A DNA stretch of 64,000 bases from an uncultured Methanosarcinaceae archaeon (GTDB taxonomy: Archaea; Halobacteriota; Methanosarcinia; Methanosarcinales; Methanosarcinaceae), in contig CAWHXP010000020.1 of NCBI GenBank assembly GCA_963833425.1, forward strand, positions 63,388-127,387, written 5' to 3'. Of the stretch, positions 46,133 through 55,666 are shown piece after piece. The position numbers were made by a program, and so were the translations under genes. Numbering within the stretch: the first letter of the stretch is position 1; each line of letters begins with the position of its first letter. The notes beneath the pieces were generated by a model. The model was not told the DNA's origin, did no database searches, and saw only the letters and a program-made list of their open reading frames with translations.

Positions 46133-46837
46133 TTGAAAATGAACGAAGTTCAATGTGATAAAGCAAGTAGAAAGCATACAATCATAACTGTTTTAGGAAT
46201 CACTGCACTGGTGCTTTTAATGCTAGTGAGTATCACAACCGCCTGGACGTCAGAATCAAAAATTTGGATCAATACAGGAAACGAGCTAAGCAACTTAAGC
46301 AAGTATAATGAAGCCATAAAAGCATATGACAAAGCAATTGAAACTGATCCCCAGTATTCAGATGCTTGGATCATGAAAGGCCTTGCTTTATTTAATTTAA
46401 ATAAGTTTGATGAAGCAATAACAGCATATGACAAATCAATTGAAATTAACCCGCAGAATTCACGGGCTTGGAACAATAAAGGGTTTGCTCTATATAACTT
46501 AAATAAATTTGATGAAGCAATAACAGCATATGACAAATCAATTGAAATTAACCCGCAGAATTCACTAGCTTGGACAAATAAGGGAGATGCTCTACTAAAA
46601 TTAAGTAAGTACAATGAAGCAATAATGGCCTATAACAAAGCACTTGAAATTAACCCGCAGAATTCAATGGCTTTGAAAGGCAAAGAAGCTTTATCTAATA
46701 CTGGACAACCGGCATCTCAAAGTACTGGCCAACCAGAGTATTGGAGTACTGGACAACCAGAATATTGGAATACTGGACAACCGGTATCTCAAAGTACTGG
46801 ACTACCAGCGTACTATAATCCAGTATTAGGGCTTTAA
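46133..46837 (+). CDS. secreted TPR protein with C-terminal TGQP repeats
   Basis: Hydrophobic leader, four TPRs, 8-aa TGQPxxxS repeats. Confidence 0.88.
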   Translation: MKMNEVQCDKASRKHTIITVLGITALVLLMLVSITTAWTSESKIWINTGNELSNLSKYNEAIKAYDKAIETDPQYSDAWIMKGLALFNLNKFDEAITAYDKSIEINPQNSRAWNNKGFALYNLNKFDEAITAYDKSIEINPQNSLAWTNKGDALLKLSKYNEAIMAYNKALEINPQNSMALKGKEALSNTGQPASQSTGQPEYWSTGQPEYWNTGQPVSQSTGLPAYYNPVLGL

Positions 46838-46979
46838 TTTAATAAATCCGGTATGGGACTTTATTTTAATCTAACAGTAACAATTTAGGTTTTTATTATT
46901 CAGTGATTTCATTAAAACATATATATTTAGCCTATATTTAGATAAGAATGCCCTTACAATTTAGATTGAAACTGAAAAA

Positions 46980-47010
46980 ATACATAGTTTTTGTGGCAAA
47001 ATATCTGCAT
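46980..47010 (+). repeat. 31-bp palindromic site copy
   Basis: ATACATAGTTTT-TGTGGCA-AAATATCTGCAT. Confidence 0.75.
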
Positions 47011-47021
47011 TTTTGGGTCAT

Positions 47022-47255
47022 GAAACCAGCCAAAGTTTCACTGCCCAACACTATCAAATTTAATTTATCTTGATACAGTTATATATTATGCCCCTGATTG
47101 TTATTTGTCAGGTGGGTTTCTCGTTGTCTCCCTACCTGCCACCATAGTTTGGGTAAAACTATTGCATCATCGGTTATATATCCCCCTGGACTAAAGTTCA
47201 CTCCATCCAGGGGGATATATCTTGATGCATAGTTTTTGTGAGAAAATCTATGTAT
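47022..47255 (+). repeat. ~230-bp non-coding two-hairpin unit ending in a 31-bp site (copy 2)
   Basis: Perfect 15-bp stem at 47176-47190/47206-47220; site ATGCATAGTTTT-TGTGAGA-AAATCTATGTAT at 47225-47255. Confidence 0.85.
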
Positions 47256-47536
47256 TATACTCATTTTTCAGCCGAACTTATGGAATATTTTACCTGATTG
47301 TGCAAAAAATAACAATTTTTTAATTAAAATATATATTACATTAGAAAGCAAAAAAGTTGCTATATTTATCTCTTTGAGGGGAAACAATGAATAAAAATTA
47401 AAAGCATATCCGAAAAGTCAAGAATAGCATGTTGGAAAAAATTATAATAGGTCTATAATATCCGAATCTCCATTCTGATTGTGCACATTGCTTATTGTAA
47501 CAACTACAGCAGATCACAAAACTTTTCGAATTGGCT

Positions 47537-47764
47537 CTAAAACAGTTCGATAAACTCTTCAGGTGTCAAGCCTGACTGCCTGATTATTGACTGCAAAGTT
47601 CCAACAGGAATTTCATTATAGTCAGGGATAATGACTATACGTGTTTCTTCCGAGGTTTTCTTTTTCATTTTGATGTGGCTGCCCTTTTGTGAAACCACCT
47701 TAAATCCCTGGCTATTGAGACCTTTTATAATCTCACGTGCTGACAGTATCGGAAGCTTTGTCAT
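47537..47764 (-). CDS. hicA: HicA family toxin
   Basis: GFKVVSQKGSHIKM...IPVGTLQSIIRQSG. Confidence 0.9.
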   Translation of the reverse strand: MTKLPILSAREIIKGLNSQGFKVVSQKGSHIKMKKKTSEETRIVIIPDYNEIPVGTLQSIIRQSGLTPEEFIELF

Positions 47765-47975
47765 GGGAAACCTCAATTATTGTGGTAAGGATCGAGCCTG
47801 CAGCAGGGATTTGAACATCTTCATCATCAAGATAAAGTTCTACAGCCTCTTTAAGGTTATCAATCGTTTTTTCAATAGTTTCCCCCTGGCTTGCCACGTC
47901 AAGTTCTGGGCACCATGATACGTACCATTTCCCTTCTTTATGGATTACTGCTGAAAACTTATAGGTCTCTTGCAT
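47733..47975 (-). CDS. hicB: HicB family antitoxin
   Basis: YVSWCPELDVASQGETIEKTIDNLKEAVELYL; overlaps hicA. Confidence 0.9.
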   Translation of the reverse strand: MQETYKFSAVIHKEGKWYVSWCPELDVASQGETIEKTIDNLKEAVELYLDDEDVQIPAAGSILTTIIEVSHDKASDTVST

Positions 47976-48078
47976 ATATGAAAAAAGGTTGTATGCGCTA
48001 TTAAAGATTTTCTCAAATACCATGTATTTTGAGAAAGTAATCATATCAGCGCTCATGGCTTACAAAACTGATATTTTA

Positions 48079-48109
48079 ATGCACAGCTTTTGCTATAAAA
48101 CCTATGCAT
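48079..48109 (+). repeat. 31-bp palindromic site copy
   Basis: ATGCACAGCTTT-TGCTATA-AAACCTATGCAT. Confidence 0.8.
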
Positions 48110-48245
48110 TCGTAAAAAAGATAAACTCCTATTTTTTGTGGCAAAGAAAGGAGTATAGAGTCGATCAGGAATTATAGAACTTTAGGTACACTGTCCTAAT
48201 TAAAAGTAGATAGCAAGCAAGTTTTTTGAATTTTGCTATGCTTTT

Positions 48246-49847
48246 TTAATATTTTTTCTGTATTCTTGAGCGTATGAAGCCACCAATTACTGTAGCAACA
48301 ATACCACATGCTACTGGAAATAATGGGTGTTTAAACATTGACTCTTCTTTAACAGTTAGTGTAAAAGCAGATGATGTGCTAGGTTTGAAGTTATTATTAC
48401 CAATATATTGGGCTGTGATTGAATGTGCGCCAACTGAAAGTGATGAAGTAGTCAAAATTGCCTGTCCAGAATTTACAGTTTCAGTTCCTATTTGTGTGTT
48501 CCCGTCTATGAAAGTAACGGTACCCGAAGGTTTTTCTGTTCTTTGTGACGTCGTATCAATTTTGGCAGTAAATGTTATTGGCTGGCCAGATATATACTCA
48601 TTAGCCGAAGAAGTTACAGCAGTTATTGTATCCAACATAGGATTCTCTATTCGAATAGGTTGTAGTTCTAAATCAGACTGATTTAGAATCATTAGTGTTA
48701 AAATAGATGATGTGCTGGGTTTGAAATTATTATCACCGATGTATTTGGCTGTAATTGAATGTGCACCAACTAAAAGTGATGAAGTAGTCAAAATTGCCTG
48801 TCCAGAATTTACAGTTTCAGTTCCTATTTGCGTGTTCCCATCTAGGAAAGTAACGGTTCCAGAAGGCTTTTTCACTCCTTGTGACGGCGTGCCAATTTTA
48901 GCAGTAAATGTAATTGGCTGACCAAATGTAGATTTATTGGTTGGTGAAGTTAACTCAGTCATTGTATCTACAAGATTCTCTACGTAAATAGGTTGTGGAT
49001 CTATACCAGGCTGATTTATTGTTAGTGTAAAAGCAGATGATGTGCTAGGTTTGAAGTTATTATCACCGATGTATTTGGCTGTAATCGAATGTGAGCCAGC
49101 TGAAAGTGATGAAGTAGTCAAAATTGCCTGTCCAGAATTTACAGTTTCAGTTCCTATTTGCACGTTCCCGTCTGTGAAAGTAACGGTACCTGAAGGCTTT
49201 TCTGTTTCTTGTGAGGTCGTATCAATTTTAGCGGTAAATGTTATTGTCTGGCCAAATGTATATTGATTTGCCGAACAAGTTAATTCAGTCATTGTATCGA
49301 ACTTAGATTCTATATTAGATAAACCACTTTTGCCTTTCAAGGCTATTGAATCTTGTGGGTTAATTTCAAGTGCTCTGTCATATGCTTTTATGGCTTCATC
49401 TGATTTCCCTAATTTACTTAAAGCTAAGCCTTTGCCGTCCAAAGCTATGGAATCTTGCGGGTTAATTTCAAGTGCTTTGTCAAACGCTTCTAGTGCTTCA
49501 TTATGTTTGTTCAATGCAACGAGAGCAACCCCGTTACGATCCAAAACTTCTGAACCCTGTGGGTTAATGTTAATTACTCTTTGATCTGGAGAAAGTGGGG
49601 AAGTAGCCATAAAATGGCCATGTGCAATAGGGTACTGTCCTACTTTTACTTTGCTTGTAAATGTATTAGTTGCTGTGTCAATTACAGGGACAGTTTCATC
49701 TTTTAAGTTTGTAACGTATGCATATTGCGGTGCAGGTGAGTTACTTTGTGCAGTAACTACAGATACCATGGACATAATGATCATTAAAAATAAAAAATGG
49801 ATTATTAAAACTGAATAAATTAGAAATGATTTTTCCGATTTTTTCAT
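48246..49847 (-). CDS. surface protein: YVTN blade, TPRs, three Ig-like domains, C-terminal membrane anchor
   Basis: YAYVTN; EAIKAYDRALEINP; three GQxITFTA...GTVTF...HSITAxYxG repeats. Confidence 0.9.
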   Translation of the reverse strand: MKKSEKSFLIYSVLIIHFLFLMIIMSMVSVVTAQSNSPAPQYAYVTNLKDETVPVIDTATNTFTSKVKVGQYPIAHGHFMATSPLSPDQRVININPQGSEVLDRNGVALVALNKHNEALEAFDKALEINPQDSIALDGKGLALSKLGKSDEAIKAYDRALEINPQDSIALKGKSGLSNIESKFDTMTELTCSANQYTFGQTITFTAKIDTTSQETEKPSGTVTFTDGNVQIGTETVNSGQAILTTSSLSAGSHSITAKYIGDNNFKPSTSSAFTLTINQPGIDPQPIYVENLVDTMTELTSPTNKSTFGQPITFTAKIGTPSQGVKKPSGTVTFLDGNTQIGTETVNSGQAILTTSSLLVGAHSITAKYIGDNNFKPSTSSILTLMILNQSDLELQPIRIENPMLDTITAVTSSANEYISGQPITFTAKIDTTSQRTEKPSGTVTFIDGNTQIGTETVNSGQAILTTSSLSVGAHSITAQYIGNNNFKPSTSSAFTLTVKEESMFKHPLFPVACGIVATVIGGFIRSRIQKKY

Positions 49848-50536
49848 TATCTCTAACCTTTTTATTATTTATATTTATAGATAAATCTCAGAATTTTCCA
49901 CCAGTTAATACGTAGAAATTAATTACGTAAAGACACGGAAAAATCAATTTGCTATTTATTATTCACTTGCTTTCCAGTATCATGGAATATAAGTAAATTA
50001 GATATAAAGGTTCACATTAGAATATAACAAAAATGCATCACAAACATAATGTATATTATGAGATTTATATAATTTTCTATTTGAATATTAAGGATATTAA
50101 ATTAAATCTTAAAATTCTTGATATAATTTAACAATGGCTTATGTAAAGACATCTTCAAGATTAATCGTTGTCTACAACTTTGTTCTGCATTTCTGTCAGC
50201 AACAGTAGTTGATGCGCTATGAACTGATTTCCCGCCGATGTCATTCCAGTTTTCACAATTATTTCTGCTATTGTTTTTCTGAAACTGTTTGCTAATTCTA
50301 AACTACTCTTCGCGCACATCTTCAAAAGAATACCATTAAATCCGGAAGACTCCACAAATGATAAAAAATCATTATTGATACTGAAATTTTTTTTGATTAT
50401 AAAAATTATCATGTGGGATTATTCTTTAAACAAAATATCTTTTTCCTATGAATATGTTATAATAAGTTGCTGCAGTTGTGAATACATTGCAGGGATCTTC
50501 TCGTGGTTGTCTTGATTCCTGCACCTATACTAAAAG

Positions 50537-50758
50537 TTAAATTTTTGTTCCAACCGGAATGACTGCAACTCCAAAAGGACCGGTTCCTACGGAAACTGTT
50601 TTTATTACTTGGTTAGTTAAAGTGTCAATTACAGAGACAGTATTGCTTCCATAGTTAGTAATATATGTATATGGCGCTGCACTTTCAATACTTGTCAGCA
50701 TTAAAATCATAGCTGCTGAAACTAAGGCTATAGAATACAACTTGTGTTTATTTACCAT
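50537..50758 (-). CDS. short secreted protein with one YVTN repeat (possible fragment)
   Basis: YITNYGSNTVSVIDT...VGTGPFGVAV. Confidence 0.7.
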   Translation of the reverse strand: MVNKHKLYSIALVSAAMILMLTSIESAAPYTYITNYGSNTVSVIDTLTNQVIKTVSVGTGPFGVAVIPVGTKI

Positions 50759-50994
50759 TTATTTTACCCTTCTGGAAAGCAATACATATGGGAGTTAAAT
50801 TATTAATAGAAATATTTAACAATTAATAGTCACTTAGAACTATAAAAACGTATTTAAAAATGTAAAAGCAAATGTTAAATTTAAAAGAATATCTGTAGAA
50901 AGCAATTATTTAATGCAGTCATTTTGATAAAAACTATTTATCATTCTCTAAATTCGACTCAAAATATCCTATAATTCCAGCTGAAACTGAGAAA

Positions 50995-51025
50995 ATGCAT
51001 AGGTTTAGATACAAAAACTATGCAT
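50995..51025 (-). repeat. 31-bp palindromic site copy
   Basis: ATGCATAGGTTT-AGATACA-AAAACTATGCAT. Confidence 0.8.
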
Positions 51026-51466
51026 TTGATGAAGGCATGAGTATTATTCCTAAATTATAATATACATAATTTGTATTTAATTATTGTTCAGTGTTAAAAC
51101 ATTCCATTTGGAAATACTTTTTGTTTAGAAACTATTTTTTTTATAAATACATATACATAATAAATCAGAGTGATGTTACATACCAGTCAAAAACAGAGTT
51201 TATTGAATCTCTCTAATAAATTAATTAACTAAGATAAAATCAAAAGCTTATGATGTGGATTATAGATCTGTGTGAGAATGAAAAATATACCCAGTTCAAC
51301 AACATTTGATACCTTCTCCGTTAATATTAAAAACATTTTATTCAATAAACTCTAGTTTTTGGCTGGCTATTCAATAGATTATATAAAATATATTTAGTTA
51401 ACAATGATTCACAGCAGATATGATCTAAATTTTTGTGTTGTGAATTTGATAAAAGGAGTGAAATAA

Positions 51467-51841
51467 ATGTTAAAACAATCACCTAGTAAAATGAAAAAGA
51501 TACTGGCTGTTCTGCTGGCAGTTCTTTTCGTAGTATCCTTGACAGCAGTGTCAGCTAGTGCATTCCAACGCCATAATATGGGCGGTGGTATGGGCATGCG
51601 TGGCGGTTTTGGTCACCACGGTTTTGGCGGCGGTTTCGGTGGTGGCTGGGGCGGTGGTTGGGGCTGGCCTGGCTGGGGCTGGGGCTGGCCTTACATGGGT
51701 TATGGCTATCCAGGCATGGGTTATGGGTATCAACAACCCATGGAACAACCCATGATGCAACAAGAACAACCAGTTGTTAAAGAAGTTGTCAAAGAAGTTG
51801 TTTGCTGCCCACCGAATTCTGTAAAAAAATATGTTAAGTAA
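51467..51841 (+). CDS. secreted Gly/Trp-rich low-complexity protein
   Basis: AGGAGTG RBS; MLKQ...KKIL signal; GGGW/GWP repeats. Confidence 0.8.
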   Translation: MLKQSPSKMKKILAVLLAVLFVVSLTAVSASAFQRHNMGGGMGMRGGFGHHGFGGGFGGGWGGGWGWPGWGWGWPYMGYGYPGMGYGYQQPMEQPMMQQEQPVVKEVVKEVVCCPPNSVKKYVK

Positions 51842-52164
51842 TGAGTGGTAAAAGTAGATTCAATTTTGGAAATAATCAATTAAAAATTTATAAATACTGA
51901 AGAGAATTTTAAATAAATCTCAGTTTAGGGGTTGTGCTTTATAAAACCTACATAAGCAATTTATTACAAATCGGAGATTTATTGAATTCTCTATATTTTA
52001 GTTTTGTTTAGAGCTCTATACAATTATTTTTCTGATATCTTCTTTTTAGGATTGTAGTTTATATTAGTTCCAGATGTTCCATAAGCTCCATCTGTTCTAT
52101 AAGTCCCATAAGCTTCAAGAAGTAACAGAACTTCAATTTTTTTATTCCAAAAAGAGCTTAGGAA

Positions 52165-52195
52165 ATCCATAGATTTAATCACAAAAACTATGCAT
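52165..52195 (-). repeat. 31-bp palindromic site copy
   Basis: ATCCATAGATTT-AATCACA-AAAACTATGCAT. Confidence 0.8.
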
Positions 52196-52252
52196 GAAAA
52201 AGTAGAAAATAGTGAGAATTTGGATAAATCTAAATTTCAGGAAGAGCCCCCA

Positions 52253-52471
52253 TCATTTTATTGAGCCTGGGACACCTGAATTTCCGTAACCGTCATCAAG
52301 GCCATCGTTACCGACACCGTTATTGAAGCCGAAGTTACCGTAACCGTTATCGTGCGCGCCACCGTTTGCCGGGGTGACTGTGGGGGCACTGTGTCCACTG
52401 TGGCTACTAGCGACAGCTATTGTTGTTGTAGCTAAAGAAACTACAAAATAAGCTGTTATCAAAATTACCAT
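52253..52471 (-). CDS. small secreted protein with GNxG repeats
   Basis: Signal peptide, SSHSGHS, then NGYGNFGFNNGVGNDG. Confidence 0.65.
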   Translation of the reverse strand: MVILITAYFVVSLATTTIAVASSHSGHSAPTVTPANGGAHDNGYGNFGFNNGVGNDGLDDGYGNSGVPGSIK

Positions 52472-52823
52472 TGTCCTTTTAAATCCAATTTATATTACAC
52501 CTCATTCTTTATATTGGAACTGATTTCTAATCTACTTAGAATTGTATATAAAGCCCAATTTTTAGTTTTTTGCCATAAAACAAATTTCTCTTCAATTACC
52601 CAGTATATTCACATATCTTACCGATCAGCCCCTACTTTTAAACTCTTTAACTCTTTGTCTGGTAGCTTTAAGCTACAAAGTAAAATATTATTCACAACAT
52701 TATTTTAAATAAACTGTCAAAAAAATAGTTTCGGAATACAATTAATTTCCCTATAAAATATTTTAACATCAAACAATATTTTTATATTAATGTTATTTAT
52801 AATAATTTTATTTGGTCTTATTG

Positions 52824-52854
52824 ATGCATAGGTTTTATAGCAGAAACTATGCAT
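52824..52854 (-). repeat. 31-bp palindromic site copy
   Basis: ATGCATAGGTTT-TATAGCA-GAAACTATGCAT. Confidence 0.8.
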
Positions 52855-52874
52855 CTGATGTTAGTTGATGCCTT

Positions 52875-53110
52875 TTATTTTTCTATTAATATGAACTTCA
52901 TAGTGAATTTCATCCTATTGTCCCTTTTCAAGTCAAGTTCCCATCTAATTGATCTACACGGGTGCTACCAGCCGAAATCCAAGACGATTAAGATCTTCAA
53001 TTTCAAAGTTATCTGGAATACTCACTCCGTTATCTGAGACCTTCAAGGTAAAACTGGTGTTCTTAAAACCATCTTTTTTGTTTTCTTCTCATGAAGAATG
53101 AGTTTATTCA
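52875..53110 (-). pseudogene. histidine kinase HATPase C-terminal remnant, paralog of the 8774 kinase
   Basis: SFTLKVSDNGVSIPDNFEIEDLNRLGF...MKFILIEK*; DNA is homologous to 8774-9010. Confidence 0.8.
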
Positions 53111-53478
53111 GTACTAAAAAGATATTCAAAACAGGGAACTCTCTTGTCGTCGTTGTTCACAGAGTTAATCTGAAGGTATCATTTACAGCTTTTTGTTAGA
53201 ATCACTATCAATTGATGACATCGAAAATAAATTGAATATTTTACGGCTAGAGGAAACTATATTTGAAATCAAAGAATAATAAATCAGAAACGAAAAAATC
53301 GGATCAAATATAGGAATTGGTGAGAAAGATTTAAACAAAATTCTCACGAAGAAAAAAATAAGAGGTAAATTGAAATCCCCTTTATGCTCTACACATTTAA
53401 AGCTTTGAAGATAGATACTATAAATCAACATAGATTATCTTTCAATTAAATCCAGTTCAATATGGGGTTGATGAAAGG

Positions 53479-54132
53479 ATGGCACTTTTTAAAGATAGGC
53501 TAGATGCTGGTAGAAAACTAGCAAAAAAACTTTCAAAATATGCAAACCGCTCAGATATACTTGTACTTGGACTTCCGAGGGGTGGAGTTCCTGTAGCTTT
53601 TGAAGTTGCAAAGGAACTGAATGTAAAAATGGACGTTTTTGTAGTAAGGAAATTAGGTGTTCCAGGAAATGAAGAGTTGGCAATGGGAGCGATTGCTTCT
53701 GACAATATTATTGTGCTGAACGAAGATATAGTGAGATCTTTCCATATATCTAAACAGGTAATTGACGCTGTAGCTGCTAGAGAACTTAGGGAATTAGAAC
53801 GTAGGGAACGTATTTACCGAGGTAAACGTCCAAAACCAAGTATAAGTGGTTCAACAGTAATTTTGATAGATGATGGGCTTGCAACGGGTGCAACAATGAG
53901 CGCAGCTGCTTCAGCTATTAAAACTAAAAATCCGACTAAAATAGTTATTGCAGTTCCAACTGGTGCACCGGATACTTGCAGGTCTTTTGAAGGAAAGGTA
54001 GATGAAATTATATGTGTTTCTACTCCGGAACCTTTCTATAGTGTAGGGGCTTGGTACGAAGACTTCGGGCAAACTACCGATGAAGAGGTTTGTGAATTAC
54101 TGGACAAAGCTACAGATTTTCAATCGAAGTAA
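53479..54132 (+). CDS. phosphoribosyltransferase family protein
   Basis: FKDRLDAG, GLPRGGVPVA, ILIDDGLATGAT. Confidence 0.9.
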   Translation: MALFKDRLDAGRKLAKKLSKYANRSDILVLGLPRGGVPVAFEVAKELNVKMDVFVVRKLGVPGNEELAMGAIASDNIIVLNEDIVRSFHISKQVIDAVAARELRELERRERIYRGKRPKPSISGSTVILIDDGLATGATMSAAASAIKTKNPTKIVIAVPTGAPDTCRSFEGKVDEIICVSTPEPFYSVGAWYEDFGQTTDEEVCELLDKATDFQSK

Positions 54133-54181
54133 TACTTACAGTAAATTTGCTATTCATAAGTAACTTATTTGGGGGTTCAAT

Positions 54182-54853
54182 ATGACAGAATCATCAAGCA
54201 ACGGTAAAAACAATAGTGAGGTTCGAATCCCAATTAATTCGATCGTTCTTGAAGGAAACCTTGTTATTCCTGAAGGAGCACATGGAATTGTGGTCTTTGC
54301 ACATGGCAGTGGGAGCAGTCGTCACAGCTCACGGAATAAATATGTTGCATGGGAACTTCAGAAAAAAGGCTTTGGAACACTATTATTTGATTTGTTGACA
54401 GTCGAAGAGGAACGAATTGATATGGTAACAGCTCATCTAAGGTTTGATATTGACTTGCTTGCAAATCGGCTTGTTGATGTTACAAACTGGCTTTTAATAA
54501 ATCCTGTTACTGAAAATTTTAACATCGGTTACTTCGGTGCCAGTACAGGGGCAGCGGCTGCGCTTATAGCTGCAAAAGAGAATTCTAATGTTGTAAAAGC
54601 AGTTGTTTCCAGAGGGGGGCGGCCTGATTTAGCTGAAGAAGCTCTTCCTTATGTAAAAGCACCAACACTGCTTATTGTGGGTGGCAATGATTTTCAAGTC
54701 ATAGGTATGAATCAATGGGCATTTGAAAGATTAACTATAAAAGAAAAAAAACTCGAGATCGTCCCGGGTGCAACTCATCTTTTTGAAGAATCTGGGACTT
54801 TAGAGAAGGTTGCATATCTAGCAGGAGAATGGTTTAAAAGATACCTTATGTAA
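54182..54853 (+). CDS. dienelactone hydrolase-like alpha/beta hydrolase
   Basis: FAHGSGSSRHS, GASTG nucleophile elbow, GATHLFEE. Confidence 0.9.
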   Translation: MTESSSNGKNNSEVRIPINSIVLEGNLVIPEGAHGIVVFAHGSGSSRHSSRNKYVAWELQKKGFGTLLFDLLTVEEERIDMVTAHLRFDIDLLANRLVDVTNWLLINPVTENFNIGYFGASTGAAAALIAAKENSNVVKAVVSRGGRPDLAEEALPYVKAPTLLIVGGNDFQVIGMNQWAFERLTIKEKKLEIVPGATHLFEESGTLEKVAYLAGEWFKRYLM

Positions 54854-55119
54854 AATATAGAATATTTGATATGCATAGCAGAGCGTTTGAAAGTGGTGCG
54901 ATTGAAAATTTCAGTGGGCTTATTTTTATTAACTATCGGCGCAGGATAGTGTTTTAATTTTTCAGTTAGTTAGTAATTAAAAGTATCTATTGTATAAAAA
55001 TAAATAGCTGTTAACTGATTTTTGGTAGGTTTAATAGTTATGGGGAATCCGAAAAATAGGAATGTTTTGTTAGAAATCTCGCCATATCGAGATTATTGAC
55101 CCTGGGAGCTATTGTGATT

Positions 55120-55170
55120 CTAATTATTAGGTGCAATGCAGCTAAGAAACATCTATAGCTCTTTTGTAAT
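55120..55170 (-). pseudogene. hdrB: hdrB 5' remnant
   Basis: KEL*MFLSCIAPN directly after hdrC resembles the FLGCxxPN N-terminus of HdrB. Confidence 0.5.
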
Positions 55171-55180
55171 ATTTGCTCCC

Positions 55181-55666
55181 TCATCTTTCAGCTATCAATT
55201 CGTCAAATTTACAAATCTTGAGAAGGATTTTCAGTTCTTCGAGAGCTTCTGGACACTTCTGCACAGTCTCGGGTATAGGTTCAAGTCCTAGTTCTTCTCT
55301 TTTTTTCATTGTTTCTTCGTCTAGAGGAACGGCATGTCCGCGTTCCATCACCATTTCTGCAACTTTCCGGTGTTCAGGTAGTATTAAACCTTCTCTGACT
55401 GCAAGTCTTCGGAGATTAAGAATTGTATCTGTGATTGGTATTCCGCGTGGGCAGCGCTCCTGGCAGGTATAGCAAGTGGTGCATAGCCAGAGGTTATCAT
55501 CTGAGAGGACAGTTACCCTATTTTTTGCTGCGTCCCTAATAATTCTTCGGGTATTGAATCCGGTATTCCATCCAGACGGACAGCTTCCTGTGCATGTTCC
55601 ACATTGCATGCATGAAAGCACATCAAGACCTGAAGCCTTTAAAGCTTTTTGTATTTCTTCACTCAT
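55181..55666 (-). CDS. hdrC: CoB-CoM heterodisulfide reductase subunit C
   Basis: CMQCGTCTGSCPSG, LWLCTTCYTCQERCPRG, GHAVP. Confidence 0.93.
   Translation of the reverse strand: MSEEIQKALKASGLDVLSCMQCGTCTGSCPSGWNTGFNTRRIIRDAAKNRVTVLSDDNLWLCTTCYTCQERCPRGIPITDTILNLRRLAVREGLILPEHRKVAEMVMERGHAVPLDEETMKKREELGLEPIPETVQKCPEALEELKILLKICKFDELIAER

Noticed and set aside
45591..52854. 31-bp palindromes as CRISPR repeats or classical integron attC sites
   Set aside because: Spacing is 245-2900 bp with mixed orientation; no RYYYAAC/GTTRRRY boxes and no intI.
24900..53100. Integrase and tRNA attachment site bounding the island
   Set aside because: No tRNA, integrase or terminal direct repeat was found, so the island limits are not defined.
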